Both the position numbers and the translations under genes were made by a program. Positions 10,191-18,744 of a stretch of 64,000 nucleotides of DNA are shown one piece after another. The first letter of the stretch is position 1. Each line of letters begins with the position of its first letter. Under the pieces are notes generated by a model. It ran no database searches. It saw only the letters and a list, made by a program, of their open reading frames with translations, and was not told the DNA's origin. The stretch spans positions 32,001-96,000 of the forward strand of contig JBGAML010000002.1 in NCBI GenBank assembly GCA_044223005.1. The letters run 5' to 3'. The DNA comes from Candidatus Eiseniibacteriota bacterium (GTDB lineage Bacteria > Eisenbacteria > RBG-16-71-46).

Positions 10191-10550
10191 TCACTTCGCG
10201 GCGGGCATCGGGTGCCCTTCCTTCATCCACTGGTTCAGGCCCTTCATGTCCTTCGCGAGCTCGGCGAACTGCCTGCCCTTCTTCGTGAGCGTGTGCGAGC
10301 CGGGCTTGCGAGAGTGACAAGAGGTGCAATGTCCGAACGACTCCTGGATCGACGCATAGCCGTCGAACGAGCGGGTCGTCTCGTAGTACTTGCCCATGTC
10401 GGTGAGCCGCTTGCTGCCCGGCTTGTCGTGGCAGGTCGTGCAGGACTTGCCGGTGTCGTGCGCGAGCTTCTCGGACGCCGTCGCGATGCCGCTACCGAGG
10501 AACGCGGCCGCGACCGCGAGGCCGAGGACGAGACGCAGGGTGGAACGCAT
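10191..10550 (-). CDS. Small periplasmic diheme c-type cytochrome (119 aa)
   Basis: Signal peptide; two internally repeated units CTTCH-DKPGS..LT..G and CTSCH-SRKPGS..LT..G; AAGGAG RBS. Confidence 0.8.
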   Translation of the reverse strand: MRSTLRLVLGLAVAAAFLGSGIATASEKLAHDTGKSCTTCHDKPGSKRLTDMGKYYETTRSFDGYASIQESFGHCTSCHSRKPGSHTLTKKGRQFAELAKDMKGLNQWMKEGHPMPAAK

Positions 10551-10567
10551 GTCGGTGCTCTCCTTCC

Positions 10568-11896
10568 TCAGTGCGAGATCGCGCGGCTGTAGCCGACGGA
10601 AACGGTCCACTGCGAGTGATCCACGGTCGCGCCGGGGCCGAACGGGTTCAGGCCCTGGTTGCTGCTCGGGTTCGTCTGCGACACCTCGAACGCGCGCTCG
10701 ACCGCGAAGTTCACGGTGTGGGCGCCCCACGTGTAGCCCGCGCCCAGCGTCGCGTGCTGCTTCTCGATCGCGGGGAACAGCGGGTTGAGCGTGTTGTCCG
10801 GCACCGGGTTGTCGCCGTAGTTGTAGCCGCCGCGAAGCGTGACCGCCGGCGTGGCGCGGAACTCGGCGCCGACCGCGACTGCCCAGACGTCCTTCCAGTC
10901 GAACACGAACGGCATCACGGGCGCCGTCATCGGCGACGCCTTGTCGGGGTTCGTGCCCTCGACACGGATCGTCTGGATCGCCTTGCTCCAGAGGTACCGG
11001 CGGCCGTCGATCGCCACCATCCAGCGGTCGACCGGGCGCACCTGCACGCCGAAGCCGTACTGCTCGGGCCACGTGAAGCCGTCGACCACGGCGTCGTACT
11101 TCACGAGCCCGAGGCCGATCGCGGTCTGGTCGAGCGTCAGCGTGCCGTTCTTGTAGGTGCCCTGCGTCTTCGTCTGGTAGATCGCACCGACCTGCAGTCG
11201 CGGATCGGCGTTCCACATCGCGCCCAGGCGCACGCTGTTGTTGAACGTGTGCGCGCGCTTGGACAGGTTGGCGCCGAAGAAGCCCATGTCGTCGGACGGA
11301 TCGAGCGGCGTGCCGTTGTCCGAGTAGAAGCTCGTGTGCGGGTAGAAGCGGAACGTCACGTCCGAGTAGCCGGCGTTGAACGACGCGCCGAGCGCGAGAT
11401 CCTCGTTGATCGCGTACGCGATCGTGGGCGTGACGGTGAGGAACCGCACCTCGCTGAACGTGCCGTCGGACGTCCCGAACGGCGTGCGATAGCCGTTGAA
11501 CGTGGCGCCCATGCCGCCCTGGCTGAGCAGGCCGAGGCCCACCGTGACGGGCGACTTGCCGAGGCCGTGGACCCAGGAGATCGACGGCATGCTGAACGCG
11601 GTCGACTTGGCGTCGAGCGAGTTGCCGAGCGGGTCGCCGCCGTACGAGAGCTTGGGTGCGAGCAGCTGGTAGTCGACCCCGAAGTGCTGACCCTGCAGCT
11701 GGGCGATGCCCGCCGGGTTGGTCTGCAGGCCGAGCGAGCGGTCCGCGACGGCGATGTTGGCCCCGGCGCGGCCCGCGGCCTCGCTGCCGTAGCCCGCGAG
11801 GTACATGCCGTTGGTGGCCCACGCGGGAACCGCGAGGGCGAGCGTGAGCGCGGCCGCCGACGCGGAGCGGCGCAACGCGGATGGACGAGTGATCAT
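10568..11896 (-). CDS. OmpP1/FadL/TodX family outer-membrane channel
   Basis: Mature N-terminus 'TNGMYLAGYG..A.GRAGA..A', NPA motif 'TNPAGIAQL', beta-strands, 'LRGGYNYG.NPVP', 'FPAI..QH.TLG'. Confidence 0.88.
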   Translation of the reverse strand: MITRPSALRRSASAAALTLALAVPAWATNGMYLAGYGSEAAGRAGANIAVADRSLGLQTNPAGIAQLQGQHFGVDYQLLAPKLSYGGDPLGNSLDAKSTAFSMPSISWVHGLGKSPVTVGLGLLSQGGMGATFNGYRTPFGTSDGTFSEVRFLTVTPTIAYAINEDLALGASFNAGYSDVTFRFYPHTSFYSDNGTPLDPSDDMGFFGANLSKRAHTFNNSVRLGAMWNADPRLQVGAIYQTKTQGTYKNGTLTLDQTAIGLGLVKYDAVVDGFTWPEQYGFGVQVRPVDRWMVAIDGRRYLWSKAIQTIRVEGTNPDKASPMTAPVMPFVFDWKDVWAVAVGAEFRATPAVTLRGGYNYGDNPVPDNTLNPLFPAIEKQHATLGAGYTWGAHTVNFAVERAFEVSQTNPSSNQGLNPFGPGATVDHSQWTVSVGYSRAISH

Positions 11897-12255
11897 GAGT
11901 CGACCTTTCGGGGAGATTCCTCGTTCGAGCGATCCCGCGAGCGGCGCGGGGTTCGCGAGACGCCCGCGATGCGGGCGACCAGGGCCGGGACGTCGCCGGG
12001 GAACAGCCGCTGCAGTTCCCCCTCGCTCATGCCCGTGAGTTCTTCGAGCCGCTCCAGTCCCGGCGCGCGACCGAGGCGCGCCGCGTCCTCGCGGCAGGAG
12101 GTGACGACCTTCCAGTGCCGGTCGCCGAGGGCCGGGATCCCGGCCTCGCGCGCCAGCCGTTCGGCGGTGTCCGGAGACCAGTCGCGGCCGAGCGCGGCCG
12201 CGGGGCGCCGGGGCCGGTGCCCCGACGCGTCGGCGTGTCCGCCTGCTCGATCCAT
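11893..12255 (-). CDS. TusE/DsrC/DsvC-family homolog lacking the C-terminal cysteines
   Basis: 'W S..TA..LA.E.GI..L.D.HWKVV...RE.....G..P....L...TG.....L..LFPG......ARIAG' matches the DsrC core; no C-terminal Cys in any frame. Confidence 0.7.
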   Translation of the reverse strand: MDRAGGHADASGHRPRRPAAALGRDWSPDTAERLAREAGIPALGDRHWKVVTSCREDAARLGRAPGLERLEELTGMSEGELQRLFPGDVPALVARIAGVSRTPRRSRDRSNEESPRKVDS

Positions 12256-12257
12256 GA

Positions 12258-12857
12258 TCAGTGCCCGCGCGAGCGTGCCGCCGACCAGCGCTCCACCCAC
12301 TCCGCGCCGACGAAACCTCCGATCGCCATGGCCACCACCAGCGCCACGACGACGCCCGCGGGAAGGTGCAGCAGCTCGGGCAGCGTGAGACGCCCGAGAT
12401 CGCCGGAGTCCATGAAGCCCTGGATCCACGGCGAGATCTCGCCGACCACGAACGTGCCCACGAACAGGCCCGCCACGTAGACCATCGCGTCCATTCGTCC
12501 GGTCGCGACGCCCACGAGGGAGGTGCCGGGGCAGTAGCCGCCGATCACGAAGCCGAACCCGAGCACGAGTCCGCCCACCGCCTGCGAGGCGAAGTGCGTC
12601 GGCGTCATGAAGAGCTCCGAGAGGTCGAGCCAGCCCGCGGCGGAGAGGCCGTAGACGCCGAGCATCGCGGTCACGATCGCCGTGAACATCACCTTGAACA
12701 CGGCGAGATCGTCCAGGTAGAACTGCGCGACCAGCTTGCGTGCGCTGCCGAAGCCGGCGCGCTCGAGGAAGAACCCGAACGCGATGCCGATCGCTAGCGC
12801 GACCCAGAGCGAGGTCTCGTCGGAAAACGCACCGAACGCGAAGAACGGGGCCTTCAT
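12258..12857 (-). CDS. YeeE/YedE family sulfur-compound transporter (half-size subunit)
   Basis: 'GIAFGFFLERAGF', 'D..VFKVMFTAI', 'GG.V.G.GF.IGGYCPGT'. Confidence 0.88.
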   Translation of the reverse strand: MKAPFFAFGAFSDETSLWVALAIGIAFGFFLERAGFGSARKLVAQFYLDDLAVFKVMFTAIVTAMLGVYGLSAAGWLDLSELFMTPTHFASQAVGGLVLGFGFVIGGYCPGTSLVGVATGRMDAMVYVAGLFVGTFVVGEISPWIQGFMDSGDLGRLTLPELLHLPAGVVVALVVAMAIGGFVGAEWVERWSAARSRGH

Positions 12858-13432
12858 CGCCACTGCCTCCTCATGACGCCGGCGAGCGCGTAGGCGCCCG
12901 CGAAGACCATCATCATGAACACCCACGAGCCGGCGTTGAGCACCGCACCGCCGCTGAGGGCCTGGCCGCTCGTGCAGCCGCGGCCGAGCCGGGCGCCGAA
13001 CGCCATGAGCGCGCCGCCCGCGAGCGCGAACGCGAATCGCATCGCGACGGACGCCCGCGGCCCGCGTTCCACGGTGCGCGTGACGCGCCGGGCGAGCAGG
13101 CCCGACACGAACCCGCCGACGAGGACCCCGGCCACCTCGAACACGAGCCAGGCCTTGAGCGGATGTCCGACGCCGCCCTCGAGGTAACTCGTGTAGTAGT
13201 CGCTCGCCTGCGCATGCGCCGGGGCGACGAGGCTCACGACCCAGGAGACGATCGAGGCGATCGCACCCGACGCGCCGAGGCCGCGGCCCATCACGACGTA
13301 GGTGGCGAGCAGGACGATGCCGAGTCCGGCGCCGGCGAGGTAGGGATTGGTGTACGGCGAGGGCAGGGCCCGCGCGGCGGCGCGGGCGGGAGTTGCGGCC
13401 GACGCGCGCTGGGTGAGCAGGGAATCCGACAT
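12854..13432 (-). CDS. YeeE/YedE family sulfur-compound transporter (half-size subunit)
   Basis: 'NPYLAG..LG', 'GLGASG', 'GG.LM.FGARLGRGCTSGQALSGGA'. Confidence 0.88.
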   Translation of the reverse strand: MSDSLLTQRASAATPARAAARALPSPYTNPYLAGAGLGIVLLATYVVMGRGLGASGAIASIVSWVVSLVAPAHAQASDYYTSYLEGGVGHPLKAWLVFEVAGVLVGGFVSGLLARRVTRTVERGPRASVAMRFAFALAGGALMAFGARLGRGCTSGQALSGGAVLNAGSWVFMMMVFAGAYALAGVMRRQWR

Positions 13433-13545
13433 GGCTCCGTTTCCGTCGGCGCGTCCCGGACCCCAACGGTCCGCGGCGGCCGTGATGGTCGTGCGTGGTG
13501 CTGCGGGATGCCGGCGCGGCGGGGGCGGCGCCCGGCATCGGGCGG

Positions 13546-14382
13546 TCAGGCCGAAGGCGGTGTGGCCCCGGCGGGCTTCGCCGGCGGCGCGGGCGGGGCC
13601 GGCTCGGGAGCCGCCTCCGCGTCGTGCCGGTTCATCCATGCCACCTGCTTGAGCTTCATCTCGCGCCACCACTTGAAGTGGTGGTGATACGCGTACAGTT
13701 CGTCGACGGTGCCCGTGAGCATCGAGAAGAACGCCGACTTCTCCTCGGGGAACACCGCGCCCATGTAGACGTGGACCATGAGGCCGGCGACGACGCCGCC
13801 GACGGCGGCGAAGTGCGCCACGACGGCCCAGCCCACGATCGTCGTGCCGAACAGGTGGAAGGTCATGATCGCGCCCGTGAGCATGATCACGGGGATCATC
13901 GTGTAGACCAGCCACCCGAACATCTTCTGCCCGGCGTTGTAGCTGCCCTGCGGGGGAAGTTCTTCCTTCGTCCGCCCGAGGATCAGCCTCGCGCGCACGT
14001 CGAGCCATTTCCAGTCGTCGCGGTCGAGTCCCATCTCCTTGTGCAGGACCTCGGTGCGCAGGTAGGTCCGGAACCCGAAGATGCCGTAGACCAGGAACAC
14101 GAAGATCCACAGCAGCCCGAGGGCGATGTGAAAGCGCAGCATGTTCGCGCGCGTACCGAACACGCCGGCCACGAGCTGCAGGTACCACTCGGGCGCCATG
14201 CGGAAGTGGCGCGACACGATCAGCGCCGCGCCCGTGACCAGTTCGAAGAACCACGTGGACGCGTTGAACCAGTGCAGCAGGATGATCGCCACGTGGTGCT
14301 TCTTGAGCCGCCGCTGCAGCATCGTATCGGCGAGCTCGGCCGGGATGGGGACCGGCCGCGTCGGGATCGCCTCAGCCTTCAA
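13546..14382 (-). CDS. phsC: Cytochrome b membrane anchor of FdnI/PhsC type
   Basis: 'LLHWFNA', 'H...G', 'PPQG.YNAGQK', 'AH......HVYM', 'SM.TG.V...YA.HHH.KW' typical of formate dehydrogenase gamma/PhsC; TTG start overlaps upstream stop. Confidence 0.75.
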   Translation of the reverse strand: MKAEAIPTRPVPIPAELADTMLQRRLKKHHVAIILLHWFNASTWFFELVTGAALIVSRHFRMAPEWYLQLVAGVFGTRANMLRFHIALGLLWIFVFLVYGIFGFRTYLRTEVLHKEMGLDRDDWKWLDVRARLILGRTKEELPPQGSYNAGQKMFGWLVYTMIPVIMLTGAIMTFHLFGTTIVGWAVVAHFAAVGGVVAGLMVHVYMGAVFPEEKSAFFSMLTGTVDELYAYHHHFKWWREMKLKQVAWMNRHDAEAAPEPAPPAPPAKPAGATPPSA

Positions 14383-15103
14383 AGTCCTCTTCCCCCTTCC
14401 GGAGCTGCGTGAAGAACGCGGCGGCCTGCCCCAGGAACGTCGCGCCCACGGCGGCGAACACGAGTGGCTTGGCGAGCCGGCGCCAGGCCTCGCCGGCCGC
14501 GAGCAGCCGCGGCCGGTGCGGCGGGAACGTCGCGGCCACCAGGTCGAGTACCTCGGGCTTGCCGAGGTAGTACACGTTCGGTCCCACCTTCACGTCGGCG
14601 GTCTCGATGCGGCGCGCGCCCTCGCTGTAGACCATGCGGTGCACGTCGCTCGCCGGATCCTCGAGGTCGCCGAACGTCTTCGCGTGCGCCGTGCAGGTGG
14701 TCACGCAGGCGGGCTGCTGGCCGCGCTGCAGGCGCGCGAGGCAGAAGTCGCACTTGTCGACCTTCTTCGTGACCGGGTCGATGAAGCGCGCGTCGTAGGG
14801 GCACGCGGCGACGCAGTAGCCACAGCCGATGCAGAGCTGCTTGTCGACCTGCACGATGCCGTCGGCGCCCTGGAACGTGGCGCCCGACGGGCAGACCTCC
14901 ACGCAGGGCGGATCGTCGCAGTGGTTGCACTGCGCGACGTGACTGCCGGCTTCGAGGTCCGGGAACGTTCCCGTCACGGGCGTCCGGCGGACGTGCGTGC
15001 GGGCGTGGCCCGCGGGCACGCCCCATTCGGCGTTGCAGGAGACCGTGCAGGCCTCGCAGGCCACGCAGCGGTCGAGATCGATCACCATCGCGTATCGGGG
15101 CAC
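14372..15103 (-). CDS. phsB: 4x[4Fe-4S] electron-transfer subunit (PhsB/PsrB/DmsB family) with C-terminal hydrophobic helix
   Basis: CVACEAC..SC, CNHC..PPC..VCP, CIGCGYC..ACP, KCDFC...PAC..TC. Confidence 0.85.
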   Translation of the reverse strand: MPRYAMVIDLDRCVACEACTVSCNAEWGVPAGHARTHVRRTPVTGTFPDLEAGSHVAQCNHCDDPPCVEVCPSGATFQGADGIVQVDKQLCIGCGYCVAACPYDARFIDPVTKKVDKCDFCLARLQRGQQPACVTTCTAHAKTFGDLEDPASDVHRMVYSEGARRIETADVKVGPNVYYLGKPEVLDLVAATFPPHRPRLLAAGEAWRRLAKPLVFAAVGATFLGQAAAFFTQLRKGEEDFEG

Positions 15104-15116
15104 CGGTTCTCCTCGC

Positions 15117-17327
15117 TCAGACGGCCTTGACCGGCCGCACGAAATTCACCCGCATCCCCGTGCCACCCATGAGCGGATCCACCTTCACCTGGCTCATGAG
15201 CGACGTGTCCGAAGCGCCCTTGCGGTAGGCGAGGCGCATGCGTTTCGCACCCGAGCCGAAGCCGTGGGCCATGTACGCGCAGTCCGTCCGGATGCCCTCG
15301 GTGACGTGCACGCGCACCGGCAGGCTGCGCGCGCCGTCGGCGTTCTCGAGCACCACTCGGTCCCCATCGCGGAGGCCGAGCGTCTTCGCCGGCGTGGTGT
15401 GCAGCCACACCGCGTTCTCGGGCATGAGCGCGTCGAGCTGGCGGTTGTTCTCGGTGCGCGCGAACGAATGCACCGGCGCGCGCCCGTAGATCAGGCGGAA
15501 CCAGCCCGCGGGCGGCTCGGCCGGTGGCGTGAAGCGCGGCATCGGGTCGGCTCCGAGCGCCTCGAGCTTGGCCGAGAAGAGTTCGATCTTGCCGCTGTCC
15601 GTGCCGAAGAGCGGATCGCCGGAGTCGGCGTGGTCTTCGAGGTACGGTTTCGCCGGGAACGCGATCGCGCCCTTGGTGCGCAGTTCGTCCGCCGAAATCT
15701 CGAGCGGCTCGATCGTCCGCGCGAGGTGCTCCTCCGGCGTCTTCCAGGGGAAGTAGGCCTCGAGCTCGAGCCGCTTCGCGAGTTCGCGCGCGATCCACCA
15801 GCCCGGCTTCGAGTCGTAGAGCGGCTCGATCGCGGGCATGCGCACCGACACGAACGGTTCGCGCGCGGTCGTGCCGAAGACCGGCGCGTCGTAGCGCTCG
15901 AGGTAGGTGGCCTCGGGCAGCACGATGTCCGCGTACTGCACCTGCTCGACCGGCATGACGTCGACGACGACGAGCAGGTCGAGCTGCTCGATCGCCTTGC
16001 GCGTGCGCTCGGGCTGCGGGATCGACTCGAGCACGTTCTGCCCGTACACGATCCACGCCTTGATGGGGTAGGGCTTGCCGCTCAGCGTCGCCTCGACGAG
16101 GCCGTTCGTCACGCCGAGTTCCTCGGACGCGAGCGGATACGTCGTGCCGGCGCCGTCGGCGCGGCCGCGTTCGGACTCGGGGAACTCGGGCAGCTCGAAG
16201 CTGCCCTTCGGGATCGGCGTGGGCAGGAAGATGCCGCCGCGGCGGCCCCAGCTGCCGAGCAGCGCGGTGAGCATCGCCATCGCCCGGGACCGCTGCGTGT
16301 CGTCGCCGTACCACGTGGTGTGCCGGCCTGGGTGCACCACGACGGCCGGCTTCGCCTCGCCCATCGCCCGCGCGGTCTCGCGAATGCGCTCTGCGGGCAG
16401 GTCGGTGATCGGCGCGGCCCACTCGGGCGTGAACTCGCGCACGTGCGCCGCGAGCTGCTCGTAACCCGTCGCGTGCTCGCGCAGGTACGGCTCGTCGACC
16501 AGCTTCTCGCCGATCAGGACGTTCATCCACGCGAGCAGCAGCGCGAGGTCGGTGCCGGGCCGGATGGGGAGCCACCAGTCCGCCTTGCTCGCGGCGGTCG
16601 AGAAGCGCGGGTCCACCGCGATCACGCGTGCGCCCTTGGCCCGCGCGTTCGCGAACGCGGTGACCTGCGACGTGAACACGTTCTCGCCGATGTGGCTGCC
16701 GATCAGCACGACGAGCTTCGTCTCCTCGAGGTCCACGGGTTCGGGCGAGCCCAGGCCCTGCCCGAACGTGAGCGCGTAGCCCACGTCACGCGGCCCGCGG
16801 CACTGAGCGAACGAGGGCTCGGCGCTGTTCGGGGTGCCGAACGCCTGCATGAGCGTGCCGAAGAACCGCGAATGGATGCCGTGGGGGAAGAACGCGACGC
16901 TTTCCGGCCCGTACTTCGCCTTGAGGTCCTTCAGGCGCTTCGCAAGGTCGTCCAGGGCCACGTCCCACGTCACCCGCTCGAAGTGTTCGTCGCCGCGCTT
17001 GCCGGTGCGGCGCATCGGGAACTTGAGCCGGTCGGGGTCGTACAGCAGGTCGGTGCCCGCGTTCCCGCGCGCGCACAGGCGGCCGCGGTTGAGCGGGTGG
17101 TCCGGGTTGCCTTCGACGCGCAGCACCTTCCCGTCGGCGACGCTCGCGAGCACGCCGCAGCGCCAGAAGCACATCTCGCAGATCGTGGCGACCTTCTGGA
17201 CGCGCTCGCTGCCGCGCCAGCCCGGCGGGTGCGGGGCCGTCGCGTGCGCGGCGTGGGGCAGCATCGCCCCGGCGCCCGCAGCCGCGAGCGACCCGAGGAA
17301 CGCTCGGCGCGAAATCCGGTGGCTCAT
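15117..17327 (-). CDS. phsA: Tat-exported Mo/W-bisPGD oxidoreductase catalytic subunit, thiosulfate/polysulfide reductase (PhsA/PsrA/SrrA) clade
   Basis: Tat signal SRRAFL; FS0 motif CEMCFWRC...LCARG; probable Mo-ligand Cys in 'SFAQCRGPR'; 'PIRPGTD', 'ADIVLPEATYLER', 'GRAPVHSF.RT.NN'. Confidence 0.85.
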   Translation of the reverse strand: MSHRISRRAFLGSLAAAGAGAMLPHAAHATAPHPPGWRGSERVQKVATICEMCFWRCGVLASVADGKVLRVEGNPDHPLNRGRLCARGNAGTDLLYDPDRLKFPMRRTGKRGDEHFERVTWDVALDDLAKRLKDLKAKYGPESVAFFPHGIHSRFFGTLMQAFGTPNSAEPSFAQCRGPRDVGYALTFGQGLGSPEPVDLEETKLVVLIGSHIGENVFTSQVTAFANARAKGARVIAVDPRFSTAASKADWWLPIRPGTDLALLLAWMNVLIGEKLVDEPYLREHATGYEQLAAHVREFTPEWAAPITDLPAERIRETARAMGEAKPAVVVHPGRHTTWYGDDTQRSRAMAMLTALLGSWGRRGGIFLPTPIPKGSFELPEFPESERGRADGAGTTYPLASEELGVTNGLVEATLSGKPYPIKAWIVYGQNVLESIPQPERTRKAIEQLDLLVVVDVMPVEQVQYADIVLPEATYLERYDAPVFGTTAREPFVSVRMPAIEPLYDSKPGWWIARELAKRLELEAYFPWKTPEEHLARTIEPLEISADELRTKGAIAFPAKPYLEDHADSGDPLFGTDSGKIELFSAKLEALGADPMPRFTPPAEPPAGWFRLIYGRAPVHSFARTENNRQLDALMPENAVWLHTTPAKTLGLRDGDRVVLENADGARSLPVRVHVTEGIRTDCAYMAHGFGSGAKRMRLAYRKGASDTSLMSQVKVDPLMGGTGMRVNFVRPVKAV

Positions 17328-17405
17328 GTCGGCTCGTCTCTCCTTCCCGAGGCGCGCCGCGACGGGCGGGCGCCGAATCCCATGTCCCTTCCACCGCGGA
17401 CATCG

Positions 17406-17421
17406 AGCAGGGGAGATGCCA
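17406..17421 (-). promoter_or_regulatory. Sigma54 -24/-12 promoter upstream of phsA-like gene
   Basis: Minus strand TGGCATCTCCCCTGCT = GG-N10-GC, about 80 nt before the ATG; sigma54 activator encoded in the cluster. Confidence 0.7.
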
Positions 17422-17481
17422 CCGCCTATTCGTTGTGGACAAAACGCTTAGCCGCAGTCTTCGCCGTCGTTTCAATCTTCG

Positions 17482-17511
17482 CGCGACGTTTTGTTGCAAC
17501 GTTTCGTCGCA
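17482..17511. promoter_or_regulatory. Putative enhancer (UAS): two overlapping TGCRAC-N5-GTYGCR dyads
   Basis: cgcgac-gtttt-gttgca and tgcaac-gtttc-gtcgca; near-identical elements at 26195-26245. Confidence 0.6.
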
Positions 17512-17533
17512 CGCGAAACATGGCGGTGCAGGC

Positions 17534-18355
17534 TCAGCGGCGTTCCGGCGTGCTCCCGGTCGCGGGCGGTGCGAGCAGTCGCCCGATCTCGTCGAGCTCG
17601 GCGGGTGCGAGGTCGGGGATCGGCGGCATCGTCGCGCCCGGTTTCTCCACGCGCGGGTTGCGGATCCAGCGCGCGAGCCGATCGCGATCCCAGCGGAGGC
17701 CGTCGGCCGCCGGGTAGAACCCGCCGAGCAGCCCGGAGAGGTTCGGTCCGCTCGTTCCCACCCCGAGCGCCCCCGCCGGCGTGAGCGCTCGGTGGCAACC
17801 GCCACAGCGGCGCTCGAACGCGTCGCGAGCCGGCGCGCGTCCGGCGCGGAAGAGCACGCGCGTCGGCGCCATGCGCGCGGCGCGATCGCCGTCGCGCAGC
17901 AGCAGCGCGATCAACCGGTCGGCCTGCCAGGGTGCGAGCCCGAAGTCCGGCATGAACGTGACGGGATGCAGCAGCGACTGCTTCAGCGCTTCCGGGTCGC
18001 GCTGCCACGCGACCGCGTCGAGCGAGGTCGCGAGCGCGTTGCCGCGCCCGCCCGTGACGTGGCAGCGCCGGCAGCCGAGCCGGTCGCGCAGCCACTCGCC
18101 GTCGCGCACCGCGCCGACGTTCGGGATGCTCCACGCGGCCTGCGCGCCGCGCAGCATCCGGTCGTGCGCGACCGTGGTGCGCTTCGCGCGCGCGTCGCCG
18201 CGATGGCAGCCCGTGCAGTCGCCCAGCGTCTCGAAGTGGCGGGCGTGGCAGGCGAGGCAGCCCGCTGCGGGCGTTCGGCCGTTCGCCGCCGCATGCGCGA
18301 GCGGCACCGCGAACGCCAGCAGCGCCGCGATCAGGACGGCCAGGCGAGACGCCAT
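17534..18355 (-). CDS. extS: Tetraheme c-type cytochrome, ExtS-like
   Basis: Signal peptide; CLACH, CTGCH, CRRCH, CGGCH; last gene after the cytochrome b subunits, as in Geobacter ext operons. Confidence 0.65.
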   Translation of the reverse strand: MASRLAVLIAALLAFAVPLAHAAANGRTPAAGCLACHARHFETLGDCTGCHRGDARAKRTTVAHDRMLRGAQAAWSIPNVGAVRDGEWLRDRLGCRRCHVTGGRGNALATSLDAVAWQRDPEALKQSLLHPVTFMPDFGLAPWQADRLIALLLRDGDRAARMAPTRVLFRAGRAPARDAFERRCGGCHRALTPAGALGVGTSGPNLSGLLGGFYPAADGLRWDRDRLARWIRNPRVEKPGATMPPIPDLAPAELDEIGRLLAPPATGSTPERR

Positions 18356-18744
18356 TGTTCGCTCCGGAAGAACATCGCGATCACGGTGAGCACCACGACC
18401 GCCAGCACGATCGCTCCGCTCGCGACCGCGAGCAGCCGCTCGCCGCGGCGGAACCACGCGGCGTTCGCGATCGGCGCGCGCCGCAGCACGGGCAGCACCG
18501 CCGTGAGCACCGCGAGCGCGAGCACGGCGGCGATCCACGCGTTGCCGTGGCTCACGAGCTCCTGGATCCAGAGCAGGAACCACGCGGCCTTCGCGGGATT
18601 GGGGGCGTGCTCCGGATCCGCCGCCTTCTGCAGCGGGGCCGGGAGGAACGCGGCGCCGGTGAGCAGCACCACGAGCCATGCGGCGAATGTCCGCCCGACC
18701 GGGCGGAAGAAGTGCGGCGAGGAGGGAACGTGGTCGTCGTTCAC
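18331..18744 (-). CDS. extQ: Cytochrome b6f subunit IV-like membrane protein, ExtQ-like
   Basis: 'APLQ..ADP...PNP.KAAWFLLWIQELVS' (PEWY-equivalent loop), three TM helices; GTG overlaps upstream stop. Confidence 0.72.
   Translation of the reverse strand: MNDDHVPSSPHFFRPVGRTFAAWLVVLLTGAAFLPAPLQKAADPEHAPNPAKAAWFLLWIQELVSHGNAWIAAVLALAVLTAVLPVLRRAPIANAAWFRRGERLLAVASGAIVLAVVVLTVIAMFFRSEQWRLAWPS

Noticed and set aside
13508..13540. Possible sigma54 box upstream of the yeeE genes
   Set aside because: Spacing is GG-N9-GC, and the sequence is better explained as a hairpin after the cytochrome b gene.
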